DNA of 64,000 nt from an uncultured delta proteobacterium (GTDB lineage Bacteria > Myxococcota > Myxococcia > Myxococcales > Anaeromyxobacteraceae). The translations under genes and the position numbers were made by a program. A model generated the notes under the pieces. The model did no database searches. It was not told where the DNA came from and was given only the letters and a program-made list of their open reading frames with translations. The stretch lies in assembly GCA_963766715.1 (NCBI GenBank), contig CAVYBH010000002.1, positions 192,001-256,000 on the forward strand, read 5' to 3'. Shown in pieces: positions 51,204-62,875 of this stretch; within the stretch, counting starts at the first letter, position 1, and every line of letters starts with the position of its first letter.

Positions 51204-53112
51204 ACCTGCACGACCTCGGCCCCGGCCCGGGTGCCCGTGTTGGCGAGGTCGACGGTGACGCTCAGCCGGGTTCCGTCCGCGAGGCTCACCACGGGGTTGG
51301 TGATGGCGAAGGTGGTGTAGGAGAGCCCGAAGCCGAAGGGGAAGAGGGGCTCGATGCCTTGCGCATCGAACCACCTGTACCCGGTCTGCAGCCCCTCGTC
51401 GTACCGGACGTCGAACGGCGTCGAGCCGCCGGCGATCGTGACCCGGGGCAGGTCCTGGTCGGACTTCGGGAAGGTGATCGGCAGCTTGCCCGACGGATTC
51501 ACGTCGCCAAACAGGATGCGGGCGAGGGCCTCGCCGCCTCGTTGCCCCGGGAACCAGGCGGCCAGCACCGCGCGACGCTGGACAGCCAGGGCATGGCCTG
51601 GGCCCCGGGACCCTGGAGCACGACGATGGTGTGCGCGTTCGCCGCGGCGACGGCGCGGATGAGCGCGTCCTGGTCCAGGAGCGAGGAACGGTGCGTCAGG
51701 TCGATCAGGTCGAGCGTGGGACGATCCTGGGTCTCGGTCGACCACTGCGCCGCGAAGACGATGGCCACGTCGCTCGCGGCGGCGAGGCTGGCGGCCTCGG
51801 TCGCGTTCGCCCCGTCGTGAAAGCGGACGCTGGCGCCGGGTGCCCTGGCCGCGATGGCGGCCAGCGGGGAGGACGCGAGCCAGCGGACCCGGAACGGGAA
51901 GACGGGAGACATCTCGACGAGCGCGCTGCCGCCGATGGGGTCCACGTCGGCCGAGCCTCCTCCCGAGAGGACGCCGACGTCGGCGTGCGGGCCGATGACG
52001 GCGATGGTGCGGACGGCGGGAGACAGGGGCAGCAGGGCGTCGTTCTTGAGGAGCACCGTGCCCTGCTCGGCGACGGCCTGGGCGACGGCCAGGTTCGCGG
52101 AGGCATCGACGGTTCCCGGCGAGGTGGGCCGGTCGTAGAGGCCCACGGCGAAGACCGCGCGAACAATCCGGTGGACCATGTCGTCGAGCCGGGCCTGGGT
52201 CATCTGCCCGGCCTCGAGCGCGGCCTTCATTCCGCCGAACTGCGCGGGCCCGGGCATCTCCATGTCCAGCCCGGCCATGGCGGCGGGGCCACAGCTGTGG
52301 GTTCCCCCCCAGTCGGACACGACGAAGCCCTTGAAGCCCCAGTCCTGCTTCAGCACGCCATTGAGCAGGGAGTCGTTCTCCGAGCACCACGCTCCCCCCA
52401 TCAGGTTGTAGGCGGCCATCACCGACTGCACGCCGGCGTCCTGGACGCCAATCTCGAATGCCAGCAGGTCCGTCTCGCGGGCGGCCCGCTCCTCGATGAC
52501 GGCGTTGGCGTACGAGCGGGACGTCTCCTGGTCGTTCAGGGCGAAGTGCTTGATGCACGCGACGACGCCCTGGTCCTGCGTGCCCTCGAGGTGCGCGGCG
52601 TTGATGCGCCCGGCCAGGATGGGGTCCTCGCCCTTGGTCTCGAAGGCCCGGCCATTGCGCGGCTCGCGTCCGGACAGGTTGACGTTGCCGCCCAGGTGGA
52701 CGTTGACGCCGTGGGCCCGCATGTCCTTGCCCAGCACCACGCCGTACTCGTAGGCGAGGTCGAGGTCCCAGGTGGCCGCGCTGGCCATGCCCGACGGAAG
52801 CGCGGTGGACTGTCCCGTCGCGTTGCCCACGCCGACGCTCCCGTCCGCCAGGTAGAGGGACGGGAAGCTCATCCGGGGGATTCCCGGGACGTAGCCGGCG
52901 GCGCCCCGGGTGACGTCGGCCGTGCCGCTGCCGGCGCCGTGGATCAGGGCCAGCTTCTCGTCCTGGGTCATGGCGGCGACGAGGATCGCGGCCCGTTCGT
53001 CGGGGCTCAGGGCCGGCGAGGGCGGGGGGATCGTTCCCGGGGACTTGCTGCTGCACCCGAAGAGGACGAGGAGCGCGCTGAGCGCGAGCAAGCGATGTTC
53101 CGGCATGGGCAT
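50959..53112 (-). CDS. GH3 beta-glucosidase lipoprotein with Fn3-like C-terminus (frameshifts near 51575 and 51090)
   Basis: LFGC lipobox; GRAFE..GEDP, KHF, VVSDW, PSGKLP, LFPFGFGLSYT, EVVQVY. Confidence 0.92.
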
Positions 53113-53178
53113 TCCCCGGACGGCGCGAGAGGAGGAAATCGCTGGAGTGGTAACACGGCCGGGCTGCCCGTCAGGCAC

Positions 53179-53210
53179 CAAAAGAAAAGGCCCCGGAGGA
53201 GTCCGGGGCC
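53179..53210 (-). terminator. Rho-independent terminator
   Basis: Minus strand GGCCCCGGA-CTCC-TCCGGGGCC followed by TTTTCTTTT. Confidence 0.85.
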
Positions 53211-53250
53211 CGGTGGCGGAGGCGCGCCGGGCGTGCCCCGGCGCCGATTG

Positions 53251-53823
53251 TCACAGGCCGATGGACTTGTGGAGCGCCAGCCCCCGGTCGTTCAGTTCCT
53301 TCGCCTTGGCGACGGCCCCGCCCCAGTCGCCCGCCTTGTACTGCTCCGCCGCGGCGGTCCAGTCCGCCTGGAGCGAAGCGAGGTTGGCCTGCCAGGAGTC
53401 GAGGGTCGCCTTGTCCATCCCGGCCGGGAGCTTCTTCGAGCCGGCCAGGGCGTCGAGCCTGCTCTTCGCGGAGTCGATCACCTTCGCCATGCGGTCTCCC
53501 GCCTCGCTCCAGGCCTTCGCCAGCTCGGCCTTTGCCGCGGCCGCCTGGGCGAGCGCGTCCTTGGCCTTGGCCGGGATGTCCTTCGCGAAGGTGAGCACCC
53601 CCTGGTAGTCCTTGTTGGCCAGCGAATCCTTCGCGGTCGAGTAGCTCGACTCCAGCCGCTTCACGGCGTCCGGGGCGTACTTCGCCGCATCTCCCTTCAG
53701 CGAGTCCATCGCCGCGCTCGCGGCCGCCATGGCCGCCTCCGCGGGGGCCTTGTTCGAGTCGGTGCAGCCCGTCACGATTGCGAGCGAAACCACCGCGGCC
53801 ATGGTCTTCCATGCGTGTGTCAT
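53251..53823 (-). CDS. Ala/Lys-rich helical lipoprotein
   Basis: VTGC lipobox; A.KYAP, coiled-coil character. Confidence 0.75.
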   Translation of the reverse strand: MTHAWKTMAAVVSLAIVTGCTDSNKAPAEAAMAAASAAMDSLKGDAAKYAPDAVKRLESSYSTAKDSLANKDYQGVLTFAKDIPAKAKDALAQAAAAKAELAKAWSEAGDRMAKVIDSAKSRLDALAGSKKLPAGMDKATLDSWQANLASLQADWTAAAEQYKAGDWGGAVAKAKELNDRGLALHKSIGL

Positions 53824-53896
53824 GGTCCTGCCTCCCTGGGTGCAGGTGCAACGGCCGGGTCTTAAGGGGAGGTCAGGGGGCGCGCAAGGCGCCAGG

Positions 53897-54082
53897 CTAC
53901 GTCAACGCCTTCTTGATCTTCGCGACGTCCGACTTCGCGTACAGGTTGCAGACGCCCTTCTTCGCCGTGGGCTTCAGGCCGATGGCGGCGATGGCCTTCT
54001 TCACCTTGCCGTCGGAGACGGAGAGTTGCTGGGCGATCTTGGCGGCGGTGAGCAGGTCGGCGGGATCGGGCATGGCGGGCAT
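53897..54082 (-). CDS. small basic HTH-like protein
   Basis: LLTAAKIAQQLSVSDGKVKKAI...LY; Lys-rich. Confidence 0.6.
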   Translation of the reverse strand: MPAMPDPADLLTAAKIAQQLSVSDGKVKKAIAAIGLKPTAKKGVCNLYAKSDVAKIKKALT

Positions 54083-54193
54083 GGTAGCCGAGCCCTGGAC
54101 GGGGAGCGAGGGGCGGTCGAAACCGGGCGATATCCGCCCGGAGACCGGGAATTCGTCCTCGACCCCGTGCGGCAGTAGCGTTCATGGCCGGCC

Positions 54194-54703
54194 ATGAAGC
54201 GGTTCACATGGATCCTTGCGGCGTCCGCAGCACTCCTGACACCCACGACCAGCGGCAGCCGAAGCGACAACGCCTCCAGCGACAACCCCTTCCTTCCCCA
54301 GATCCAGGGAACGTGGTCGAGCAGCGCCTGCGAAGGGCCTTCGAACGGGACCTATCAGCGGGCCGGACTCGTCGTCGCCGGCATGGACGTCGTCGTCGCG
54401 GTCAGATCCTACCCGACGACCGATTGCTCCGGCCCCGCGGTGGCGACGACCACCCGCCCGGGCACCCTCTCCATCGACCCCGCCATCAGCGCCCCCCTCG
54501 ATGCGGCGTCCGTCACCGCGTATCCGATCAACATCACCGCATCGGCCGGCGGCTCGACGAGGTCGATGTACACGCTGGGATACGTGGACGCGAGCACGCC
54601 GAGGCGGCTCTACATGGGCGACCAGGGCGGCGAGAACGACGGCAGCACCGCTGCCCTGCGCCCGACGACCCTCGACGACGCCACCTGGTTCACGAAGCAG
54701 TAG
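54194..54703 (+). CDS. secreted hypothetical protein
   Basis: Signal peptide; IQGTWSSSAC...Y...DCSG. Confidence 0.6.
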   Translation: MKRFTWILAASAALLTPTTSGSRSDNASSDNPFLPQIQGTWSSSACEGPSNGTYQRAGLVVAGMDVVVAVRSYPTTDCSGPAVATTTRPGTLSIDPAISAPLDAASVTAYPINITASAGGSTRSMYTLGYVDASTPRRLYMGDQGGENDGSTAALRPTTLDDATWFTKQ

Positions 54704-54848
54704 GCCCCCTGGCATCGGTCGAAGGTCCCCCGGCGCAGTGAATTGGAGGCTACCCGATTCGCTCCGGGAGCGGGCTTCGCGCCGTCACATCGACGCCAGG
54801 GCGGACCTCCTCCGTGCGTCCCCCCGCGCGGGGGGACAGGAGGAAGCC

Positions 54849-55088
54849 ATGAGGGACGGACTTCGACTCGCAGTCGCAGCCGGGCTTGCGCTCGCAATCG
54901 CCGGGGCGCCCACTTCCGGCCTCGGTGAGGACGAGCAGGTCAGCGACCAGAGCGCGGACAGGAAGACGGGTGAGGACGCGCCGGGCGCGGCCTCCATGGA
55001 ACCCGTCCAGGCGCTCGCGGACGACCCGGGCTACGAGAACTCGGACGTCCACCAGGCCTGGCTCGATTCGATCTGGAACGCGCCCTGA
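54849..55088 (+). CDS. small secreted hypothetical protein
   Basis: AGGAGG RBS, signal peptide, C-terminal WLDSIWNAP. Confidence 0.6.
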   Translation: MRDGLRLAVAAGLALAIAGAPTSGLGEDEQVSDQSADRKTGEDAPGAASMEPVQALADDPGYENSDVHQAWLDSIWNAP

Positions 55089-55097
55089 CCTGGGCTG

Positions 55098-56519
55098 CTA
55101 GAAGTGGGCGTGCACCCGGATGCCGCCGAGGATGGCGGGGCCGCGGGCGGCGTTCATGCCGGGGTTGAAGGCAGCCTGGATGTCCGCAGTCACCTGGAGG
55201 TACTTCACGGGCTGCAGCGAGTAGTAGATCTCCGGGGTCACTTCCCACCCGGAGGAGAGCGCGCCGTCGCCGAGCTGGAACTCGGTGCCGCCGGCTGCGA
55301 GGTATGCGGCGTGGGAGGAGGAGATCCCGCTCACGGCCACGCCTGCTCCGACCGTGTCACCGCGGCGCCCCCAGGTCTCGCCGTCGAGCTGGGCTCCCAG
55401 CGAGATCGACCGGTCGATGGAGGTGAAGCAGAAGGTCTGCGTGTGGCCGTCGTTCCAGCCGGCGCGCAGGTAGGCCTGGAGCGGGCCGAACTGCTGCTGC
55501 GCGAGCACCCCGAATCCGTACTTCACCGCTCCCGGCGTCGCCGTGGCGTCCACGTCGGGCGCCGTCCCGGGCGGCCCGGATGCCGCGATCTCGAGCGCCG
55601 TTCCGTAGTTGCCCATGTTCCCCCGGTTCACGTACGCGAGGACGCGAACCGAGCCCTCGTGCCGGCCCTCGTTCCAGCCGTACTGCCCCTCCAGCATGTA
55701 GGCGCCGCTCTTCGAGAGGTTTCCGTCGAAGGTCGACCCGTTGGGTGTCGTGGGCATGAGCGCAGCCATCGCCCGGACGGCCCAGTGCGGGTTCTCCCAC
55801 CCGACCTCCACGCCCCAGGTGTACCCGCGGGTGTCCGCGACGTAGTCCCAGGCGCCGTTCTGCATGAGCGCCCAGTTCATGAACCTGTGGCGTGGATTGC
55901 TCGACGCCTCCGCCACGTCGAGGAAGTCGTTGCTGCCGAACTTGCCGATGGTGATCTCCAGTCGGCGTGGCGGCCGGGGACGACCGAGGGAGACGCTCCC
56001 GGTGGGCATGAAGCCGCCCTCCGGAGGCTCGCCTTCCTCCTCGGGATCGCCCGGGGCGCCAAGCGCGATGTCCTGGTGGAGGTAGGCGCGGGCCAGGTAC
56101 GGAGCGGTTCCGACCTTGGTCACGCGGATCATGTTGGCGTCGGGGTAGCCCGACAGGCCGCTCACGTTCGGGGCGCCCGCGCCGTTCGAGTACTCGCCGA
56201 CGAGCACCACCGAGGCCCCTTGCCACAGGTGTGCGCCGGCCAACACCGAGACGACGAGCGACCAGCCCAGGTCCGGACCCGGGCCGAAGCTGATCGCCGG
56301 GTTCGAGTACGGGCTGTGGAACGGAGGGACGAAGAACGTGTTGGTGGTGACCTGGCCGCCAACGGCCCACCACCTGTCCTCCGAGACCGCGGCGACCTCG
56401 GGGGTCGCCTCGCCCTTCTCCTGGGCGAGGGCGGTTCCGGGCAGGACGAGGAGCGACAGGAGCATGGCGCTCCGGATCCAGTCCGGCGGCGAGCGCTGGG
56501 TGCGGCGGCGGCCTTCCAT
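55098..56519 (-). CDS. OprB-family carbohydrate/metal porin
   Basis: PFHSPY, YLARAYL, FMNWAL..NGAWDY.ADTRGYT, EIYY, C-terminal HF. Confidence 0.85.
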   Translation of the reverse strand: MEGRRRTQRSPPDWIRSAMLLSLLVLPGTALAQEKGEATPEVAAVSEDRWWAVGGQVTTNTFFVPPFHSPYSNPAISFGPGPDLGWSLVVSVLAGAHLWQGASVVLVGEYSNGAGAPNVSGLSGYPDANMIRVTKVGTAPYLARAYLHQDIALGAPGDPEEEGEPPEGGFMPTGSVSLGRPRPPRRLEITIGKFGSNDFLDVAEASSNPRHRFMNWALMQNGAWDYVADTRGYTWGVEVGWENPHWAVRAMAALMPTTPNGSTFDGNLSKSGAYMLEGQYGWNEGRHEGSVRVLAYVNRGNMGNYGTALEIAASGPPGTAPDVDATATPGAVKYGFGVLAQQQFGPLQAYLRAGWNDGHTQTFCFTSIDRSISLGAQLDGETWGRRGDTVGAGVAVSGISSSHAAYLAAGGTEFQLGDGALSSGWEVTPEIYYSLQPVKYLQVTADIQAAFNPGMNAARGPAILGGIRVHAHF

Positions 56520-56521
56520 TG

Positions 56522-56863
56522 CTATCGCCGGACGATGTCCACCGAGATCTCCACCGCCGGCGTCGTTCCTCGGTTCTCGAGCCAGTGCGTGGTGCCTTTG
56601 TCCTCGGGCCAGCCCACTCCCGGCCCGTAGTCCTTGGCCACTCCATCTCGATGATCCGTGATCGTTCCCTGCAGGATGTAAACCAATCCCGGCCTGTCCG
56701 TGTGGTCGTGAATCGGGCCGAAGACTCCTCCAGGTTCGATGGTCACCATGCGCATGCGAAGCTGGCGCCCCGCCATGCCCTCGATCTCAGGGCCAAGGTC
56801 GAGCGCTGCCAGCAACTGCACCGCAATGCCCTTCGTCTCAGGCGTTCCCTGCTCGTTTCTCAT
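56522..56863 (-). CDS. cupin domain protein
   Basis: TIEPGG...HDH.DRP..VYILQG...HW.EN.G. Confidence 0.85.
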   Translation of the reverse strand: MRNEQGTPETKGIAVQLLAALDLGPEIEGMAGRQLRMRMVTIEPGGVFGPIHDHTDRPGLVYILQGTITDHRDGVAKDYGPGVGWPEDKGTTHWLENRGTTPAVEISVDIVRR

Positions 56864-56980
56864 CGCCGCTTCCTTTCCGGACGTCCGGGCCGCGCAACAC
56901 GAATCCTATAGCAGGGCCCCGGATGACACTCACGGTGGCGAACTGCTACCCTCCGTCGAGTATCCCTGGGGGGGCTCGCC

Positions 56981-59834
56981 ATGGCCGAGGGCCCGGAGGA
57001 GCACGGCAGCGCGGTAGCGTCGAGCGCCGGTGAGCCCGGCCCGCTCTCCCGACTCCTCCAGGAACTGGCCGGCTCTTCCGGTGAAGATGCCCTCGAGGCC
57101 TGGAAGCACGAGTTCCAGCCCGGCGACCGGATCGGCCGGTTCGAGATCCGGCGCGAGGTCGGACGGGGCGGCTTCGGAGCCGTCTACGAGGCTTTTGACG
57201 CGGAGTTGAGCCGCGTCGTCGCCGTGAAGACGCTGCGCCTGTCGCGGCCCCGGCGGGATCTCTCCCTGGGCTGGCTCAAGAAGGAGGCCGAGGCGGTGGC
57301 GCGCCTCGACCACCCCTGCATCGTGACGCTCTTCGACGTCGGGACCTGCGCCTCCGGTCCGTATCTCGTGATGGAGCTCCTCCGGGGCCAGACGCTCGCG
57401 CAGCGCATCGCGGAGGGACCCATCCCCTGGGGCGAGGCCCTGCGCATCTCCGAGGAGGTGGCGAAGGGGCTCGCCCACGCCCACCAGCGGGGCGTCCTCC
57501 ACCGGGACCTGAAGCCCGCCAACGTGTTCCTGTGCGACGACGGCCGGGTGAAGCTCCTCGACTTCGGTCTCGCGCACCTGCTGGGCACGCAGGAACTGAG
57601 GGGCGCCGGAACGCCAGGCTACATGGCGCCCGAGCAGGCCCGGGGCGACGAGGTGGATCAGCGGGCCGACGTGTACGCGGCGGGCCGGGTGCTGGGCGCC
57701 ATGCTCCTGGAGCCGCGACCTCGAAGGCTCGACCTGGCGTTCCGTGCCGCGACCGCCTCCGATCCGGACGCACGCCCCCGGGATGGAACGGCATGGCTGG
57801 AGGCGCTCCGGGCCGCCCGGCGGGCCCTGGAAAGGCCGGCCCGCGCACGGCGCCTCGCGCTCTTCGCGGGCGCGTTCGTGGTCCTCGGCGTCGTCGCCGC
57901 GGGGCTCGTCACCTGGCGAGTCTGGCGCAAGCAACTGCTCGTGGGCGACGACGGGCGGGTGACCGTCGCCGTGGCGGATTTCGCCAACGAGACGCGCGAC
58001 CCGGACCTGGACGGCCTGTCCGGCTTGCTCGTCCACTCCCTCGAGCAGTCGCGCACCGCGCGCGTCCTCACGCGCAGTCGGCTGCTGGACCTGGCGCGTG
58101 CGGAGGGGAGGGCGGACGCCGAGCGGATGGACGAGCCCCTGGCCCGGGAGATTGGACGAAAGGGCGACGTCCGGGTGCTGCTCCTCGCATCCGTGCGCAA
58201 GCTCGACGACACCTACGTGGTGGAGATGCGAGCGCTCGATCCGACGGGGGACGAGTACCTGTTCACGGCGAGGGAGAAGGCCGCGAGCAAGTCGGAGATG
58301 GTCCCGCTGGTCGAGCGACTGGCGAAGCGGACCCTGGAGTCGTTCCGCCAGGCGGGCGCCGTGGCCGACACGGGCGCAGGGCCGACGCCCGCCGTCACGA
58401 CGAGCCTGGAGGCGTACCGCCACTACTTCGAGGGCATGCGGTGCCTGGACCGGTCGTCGGGGCCGAGCCAGAAGTGCATCCCCCAGCTCGAGAAGGCGGT
58501 CGCCATCGACCCGGATTTCGCGCTCGCCCATTTCCGGATCGCCCAGGCCGGCCTCTGGTCGGGCGTCCCGCTCGCCACGCTGAAGGAACGGATGACCTCG
58601 GCGCTCCGCCACCGCGAACGCCTGCCACCGAAGGAACGGGCCTGGGTGGAGGCCTTCTCGGCCCAGCTCGACGGCCGCGAGGACGAGGCGGCGCGCCTCT
58701 TCCGGGTCGCCGCCGACGTCGGGCTGGACGACCGGCACGTGCAGGCCGACGCGGCGGATTTCTTCCAGACGCGCAACGAGCCGGAGGCCGCGCTTCCTTA
58801 CCTGCGCCGGGCCGTCGCCCTGGAGTCCGTCGGGGGGCCCTCGGCCATCTACCTCGCGATCGCCCTGGCAGCGCTGGACCGTCGGGACGATCTCGGGGCG
58901 CTGGCTCGAGTCCTCGAGACCGGGCCCCAGGTCAAGGGAGCGCTCGTGGCGCTCACGGCGGTGCGCTATTCCCTCGGCGATCGGCGGGGGGCCCTCGCGT
59001 CGGCCCGGGCCGCCGTGGCGGCCTCGACGGACGACGTGGAGCGCGGGGAGGCAGAGGACTTGCTGCACCGGCTGCGCGTCGTGATGGGGGACCCAGGGGT
59101 GGACGCGGAAACCCGGGCGACCTGCAGCACCATCGAGTCCGCCATCGTCGAGACGGTGCGCGGACGCCACGCCGAGGCCCGTCGCCTCCTGGCGCTCGGC
59201 GCCATCCCGGGATGCCCGCCCCCCGACGCCGAGCGTGCCGGGAAATCGTTCTACTTCCAGGCCCTCGCCGCCGACCTCCTCGCCGGGAATCGGCGACCCG
59301 GAGGCCGCCTGGCCCCACGCCCGGAGGGCGGCGGAACTGAACCCTCTGCTGGCCGGGAGCATCGCGGTGCAGCTGGCCTACGCAGGCGACCTGGAGCGCG
59401 CCGCGGAGCTCGTGGCCTCGCTCCCCGATGGCTCACCCCGCCGCAGGACGTACGACGCGGTCGTTCGATGGCGCCGGGGAGATCGCGTCGGGGCGCGCGC
59501 GATCCTCGAGGGGTTGAACGGTTACTCCACGGTGCCCCCCCTGGTCGCTCCGGCGTTCCTGCTCGGAGAGCTCCTCTCGGAGATGGGAGAGGACGAGCGC
59601 GCGGTCGACGCGCTGCGCCGGTACCGGAACTACTACTTCGTCCACCTGCACTGCGCGGCCTGGGACCAGCCGAAGAGCTCGTTCCTGCTCGCGCGCTCCC
59701 TCGACCGCCTCGGGCGGCGCGACGAGGCCCGAGCCGTGCTCGACGAGCAGCTCGCCGCCTGGAAGGACGCCGACCCGGACATCCCGATGCTCGTCGCGGC
59801 GAAGGAGCTGCGGGCGAGACTGGCGGTGCCGTGA
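56981..59834 (+). CDS. membrane Ser/Thr protein kinase with extracytoplasmic TolB-N/TPR-like region (frameshift near 59290)
   Basis: GRGGFG, VAVK, HRDLKPAN, DFG, GTPGYMAPE; TM helix; AVADF.N; TPR-like helices. Confidence 0.9.
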
Positions 59835-59880
59835 CGGGCGGTGGCGTCCAACGATGAAGGAGGAGCGGATCGAGGGTGGC

Positions 59881-60348
59881 ATGAAGGCCAGAGTCCCGTT
59901 CGCTCAGTTGCTGCCGTTGCTCGCTGCTCGCCTGCCTCACCGGGTGCGGCGAGGAGAGAGGAGCCTGAACGAGTACCCGGTGGCGCTCGCCGAGGGCACG
60001 TACCGGGTTTCCTTCGGCCGGGGCTACCAGGCCGCCGACGAGGCCCGCCTGCTCGCCGTGACCGCACGCCTCGACCGGGCCACGAGCCAGGTCGTGTTCA
60101 CCCTCGCCGACGGGTCACGGCAGGTGCTGGCATTCTCACCGCGCCCCAGGAGCCAGTGGCAGCCGGACTGCTTCACCATGTCGAGTCACAACCTGGACGA
60201 GGTGGCCGATCTCTCGCCCGCGCCCCTCCGGCTGGAGTCGCTCTCCTTCCTCACGCCCCTCGTCTACGCGAAGTGCACGAAGACGCGGATGATCCTCGCG
60301 AACGACGTCAACGACACGTCCACGTTCCTGGCCCTCGACCTCGAGTGA
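59881..60348 (+). CDS. hypothetical protein (probable lipoprotein, N-terminal indel)
   Basis: Hydrophobic N-terminus, GC3-rich body. Confidence 0.5.
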   Translation: MKARVPFAQLLPLLAARLPHRVRRGERSLNEYPVALAEGTYRVSFGRGYQAADEARLLAVTARLDRATSQVVFTLADGSRQVLAFSPRPRSQWQPDCFTMSSHNLDEVADLSPAPLRLESLSFLTPLVYAKCTKTRMILANDVNDTSTFLALDLE

Positions 60349-60491
60349 TCGGGGCGCCCGGCGGGAGCAGGAGGCGCGAGGGCTGACGTACCGCTGGGTG
60401 GAATGGCACCCTACCGATAGGGGTCCACGCGTGCACGGCCGCGGAGTGCTACGAAAATGTCTGCAACCCCACTTGCAGACCGGAGTCCCGG

Positions 60492-61806
60492 ATGAAAGTC
60501 CTCTCGCGGCTCGCCATCGCAGTGGTCCTCCTCGCCGCCGTGCCTGCGGTCGACGTGCGCGCCCAGGTGGCCCTGCCTCCATTCTACGTGGCCGCCTCCA
60601 AGCTCGCGCCGACGGGAAGGCTCGGACAGGTCCTGAAGAAGGAGCCGGTGAGCACCCCCATCGCCGGCGCGAAGGCCTGGCGGGTCGCCTACGTGTCGTC
60701 CGACGTGTCCGGGCGGAAGACCCTCTCCACCGCGCTGGTCGTGGCACCCGTGGGGCCCGCGCCGAAGGGGGGCAGGCCCGTGGTCGCCTGGGCGCACGGA
60801 ACCACCGGCACCGCCCAGAATTGCGGTCCCTCGCAGTTGCTCGACCCCGCCCAGCCGCTCAACGAGTACTTCCTCGTGGGAGGGAACTCGTGGACCGACT
60901 ACGGCCTCCCCGCGGTCGACGAGTTCGTCCGGGCGGGCTACGTCGTCGTGGGGACCGACTACCAGGGGCTCGGCGCCGGCGGGAAGCACCAGTACGCCAT
61001 CGCCGCCACCAACGGCCGAGACCTGATCAACTCTGTCCGGGCCGTGAGCTCGATGAAGGAGACCGGCGCCGGCAAGAGGGCGGTCGCCTACGGATGGTCG
61101 CAGGGCGGGGGAGCCGCCATCGCCGCGGCGAGCCTGGGCGACTACCTCGCCGAGAAGGGCACGGTTGCCGACGGGGTGACGTTCGCGGGGTTCGTGGCGC
61201 TCGCGCCGGACGACGTGGCGGTACTGGTCCCGCCGAACGCCAGCGGCCCAGCGGCCGAAAAGGTGCTGGGCGCGCTCGACGGCGAGCTTCTCCGACAACG
61301 TCTTCAACTTCACCCACTACGCCATGGTCATGTGGGCGACCGCCGGGGCGTTCCCGGGGCTCCAGCTCACCGACATCTTCACCGACGAGGGCGCCGCCGT
61401 CGTCGACGAGGTGCTTTCCCGGAAGTGCATGCACGCGGCCGCGGACACACTGGCGCACGTCTACGGAACGGGCTTCAAGAGCCTCATCCGATCCACGCCC
61501 GTGAATGCATCGGCGTGGGTGGAGGGGCTCATCCGGGGCAGCGTGCTGCCGGTGAAACCGGTAGCGCCGGTCGTCATCTACTGGGGCACGAAGGACGTCA
61601 CCAACCCGCCGGTGATGGGGAAGCTCTACCGCGACCAGATGTGCAAGCTGGGCGGGAACGTCACGCGGGTGCAACTCGCCGGGGAGCAGGACCACTACTC
61701 CACGCCGGGGAAGGCCCAGCCGCTCTACGTGCCGTGGGTCCGGGATCGGTTCGAGGGCAAGCCTCTCGAGGACGGGTGCGCGGAGGGGACGCCCGGGAAG
61801 CCCTGA
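60492..61806 (+). CDS. secretory lipase (LIP family) alpha/beta hydrolase (frameshift near 61285)
   Basis: AWAHGTTG, TDYQGLG, GWSQGG nucleophile, C-terminal Asp and His. Confidence 0.85.
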
Positions 61807-61821
61807 TCAGGAACCCTCTGC

Positions 61822-62697
61822 TCAGGGGAACCTCACCTCCACCGAAGGGTTTCCGGGCAACCCCTGGTACGTGACCTTCACCGAGGAGCCCGGCTGGATC
61901 GGGCCAGACGAGAAGGCGCCCAGTGAGAGCAGGTCGCCCGGCCTCAGCGCCCCGCCATTTCGCTTGAGTGCCGCCGCGATGAAGATCACCGCGTTGAGCG
62001 GTTGACCGAGGATGGCGCTGCCGGCGCTCGTCGCGAGCTCCTTGCCCGTGCCGTCGGTGGTGCGCACGGTCATCGTGCGCAGCGCGTCGATCAGGGCGGC
62101 GTCGCCCCCCACCGGTACCGGGGTGCCGAGCACGCCGAGCCGTGCGCCCACGTCGTAGTACGTCAGCGACTGCGCGGTGATACGGCTCGGATCCTCGAGC
62201 GAGACGTCGGGTAGCTCGATGAAGGGGTAGATGGCGCGGAGCGAGGCCAGGACCTCGGCCGGCGTGGTGGCGTCGTTCACGGCGCTGCTCCCCACCTCGA
62301 CGACGAGGTCGGCCTCCATGAAGGGGCGAACGCCGAATCGGGCGGGGATGGCCGCGCCCTCACGCAGCACCATCTTCTCGAGGAGCACGCCCAGCAGCGG
62401 CTGATCGATGCCGAAGCGCTTCTGCACGGCCACGTTGGTGAGCCCGGCCTTGTAGCCGATGGGCTGGCCCAGCGCCGGCGCGAGCGCCGCCATCAGCTTC
62501 GCCTGGCCACAGGTGGCCCCTTCCATGGTCATGCCCGCCGGAGGCGTCGTCAGCGGTTCGTAGGCGAGGTAGCGCTGGGCCGCGCTCGCCACCTCGGCGT
62601 CGGTGGGACAGGTGGCGGCGCTGCGCGGAACGGTGGCGCAGGCGGAGAGCCAGGCGGCTGCCGCGAGGAAGGGCGTGCGGGAGAGCAGGCGTCGCAT
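61822..62697 (-). CDS. 2-keto-4-pentenoate hydratase-like FAH-family protein with lipoprotein signal
   Basis: LSAC lipobox; GYKAGLT, EAD, FIELPD, LGQPLNAV, GDLLSLG. Confidence 0.85.
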   Translation of the reverse strand: MRRLLSRTPFLAAAAWLSACATVPRSAATCPTDAEVASAAQRYLAYEPLTTPPAGMTMEGATCGQAKLMAALAPALGQPIGYKAGLTNVAVQKRFGIDQPLLGVLLEKMVLREGAAIPARFGVRPFMEADLVVEVGSSAVNDATTPAEVLASLRAIYPFIELPDVSLEDPSRITAQSLTYYDVGARLGVLGTPVPVGGDAALIDALRTMTVRTTDGTGKELATSAGSAILGQPLNAVIFIAAALKRNGGALRPGDLLSLGAFSSGPIQPGSSVKVTYQGLPGNPSVEVRFP

Positions 62698-62875
62698 GAT
62701 CGGCTCCTGGAATGGAGAGTCCTGGAAGCCTGTCACGGTGCGATGTGGGCCCGCAACCGCGGGTCGACCCGCAGGGCAGGGAGGATCCCAAACGGGCGTT
62801 TGCCGCCCATCGACCGGACAAGGGGCATCGGCGGGGGTATGACGCGCGGCAACCCCGCCCTGGGAGGTCGCCGCC

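Noticed and set aside
56522..56863. Slightly lower GC in the cupin gene as a sign of horizontal transfer
   Set aside because: Single short gene, judged by eye only, with no mobile-element signatures.
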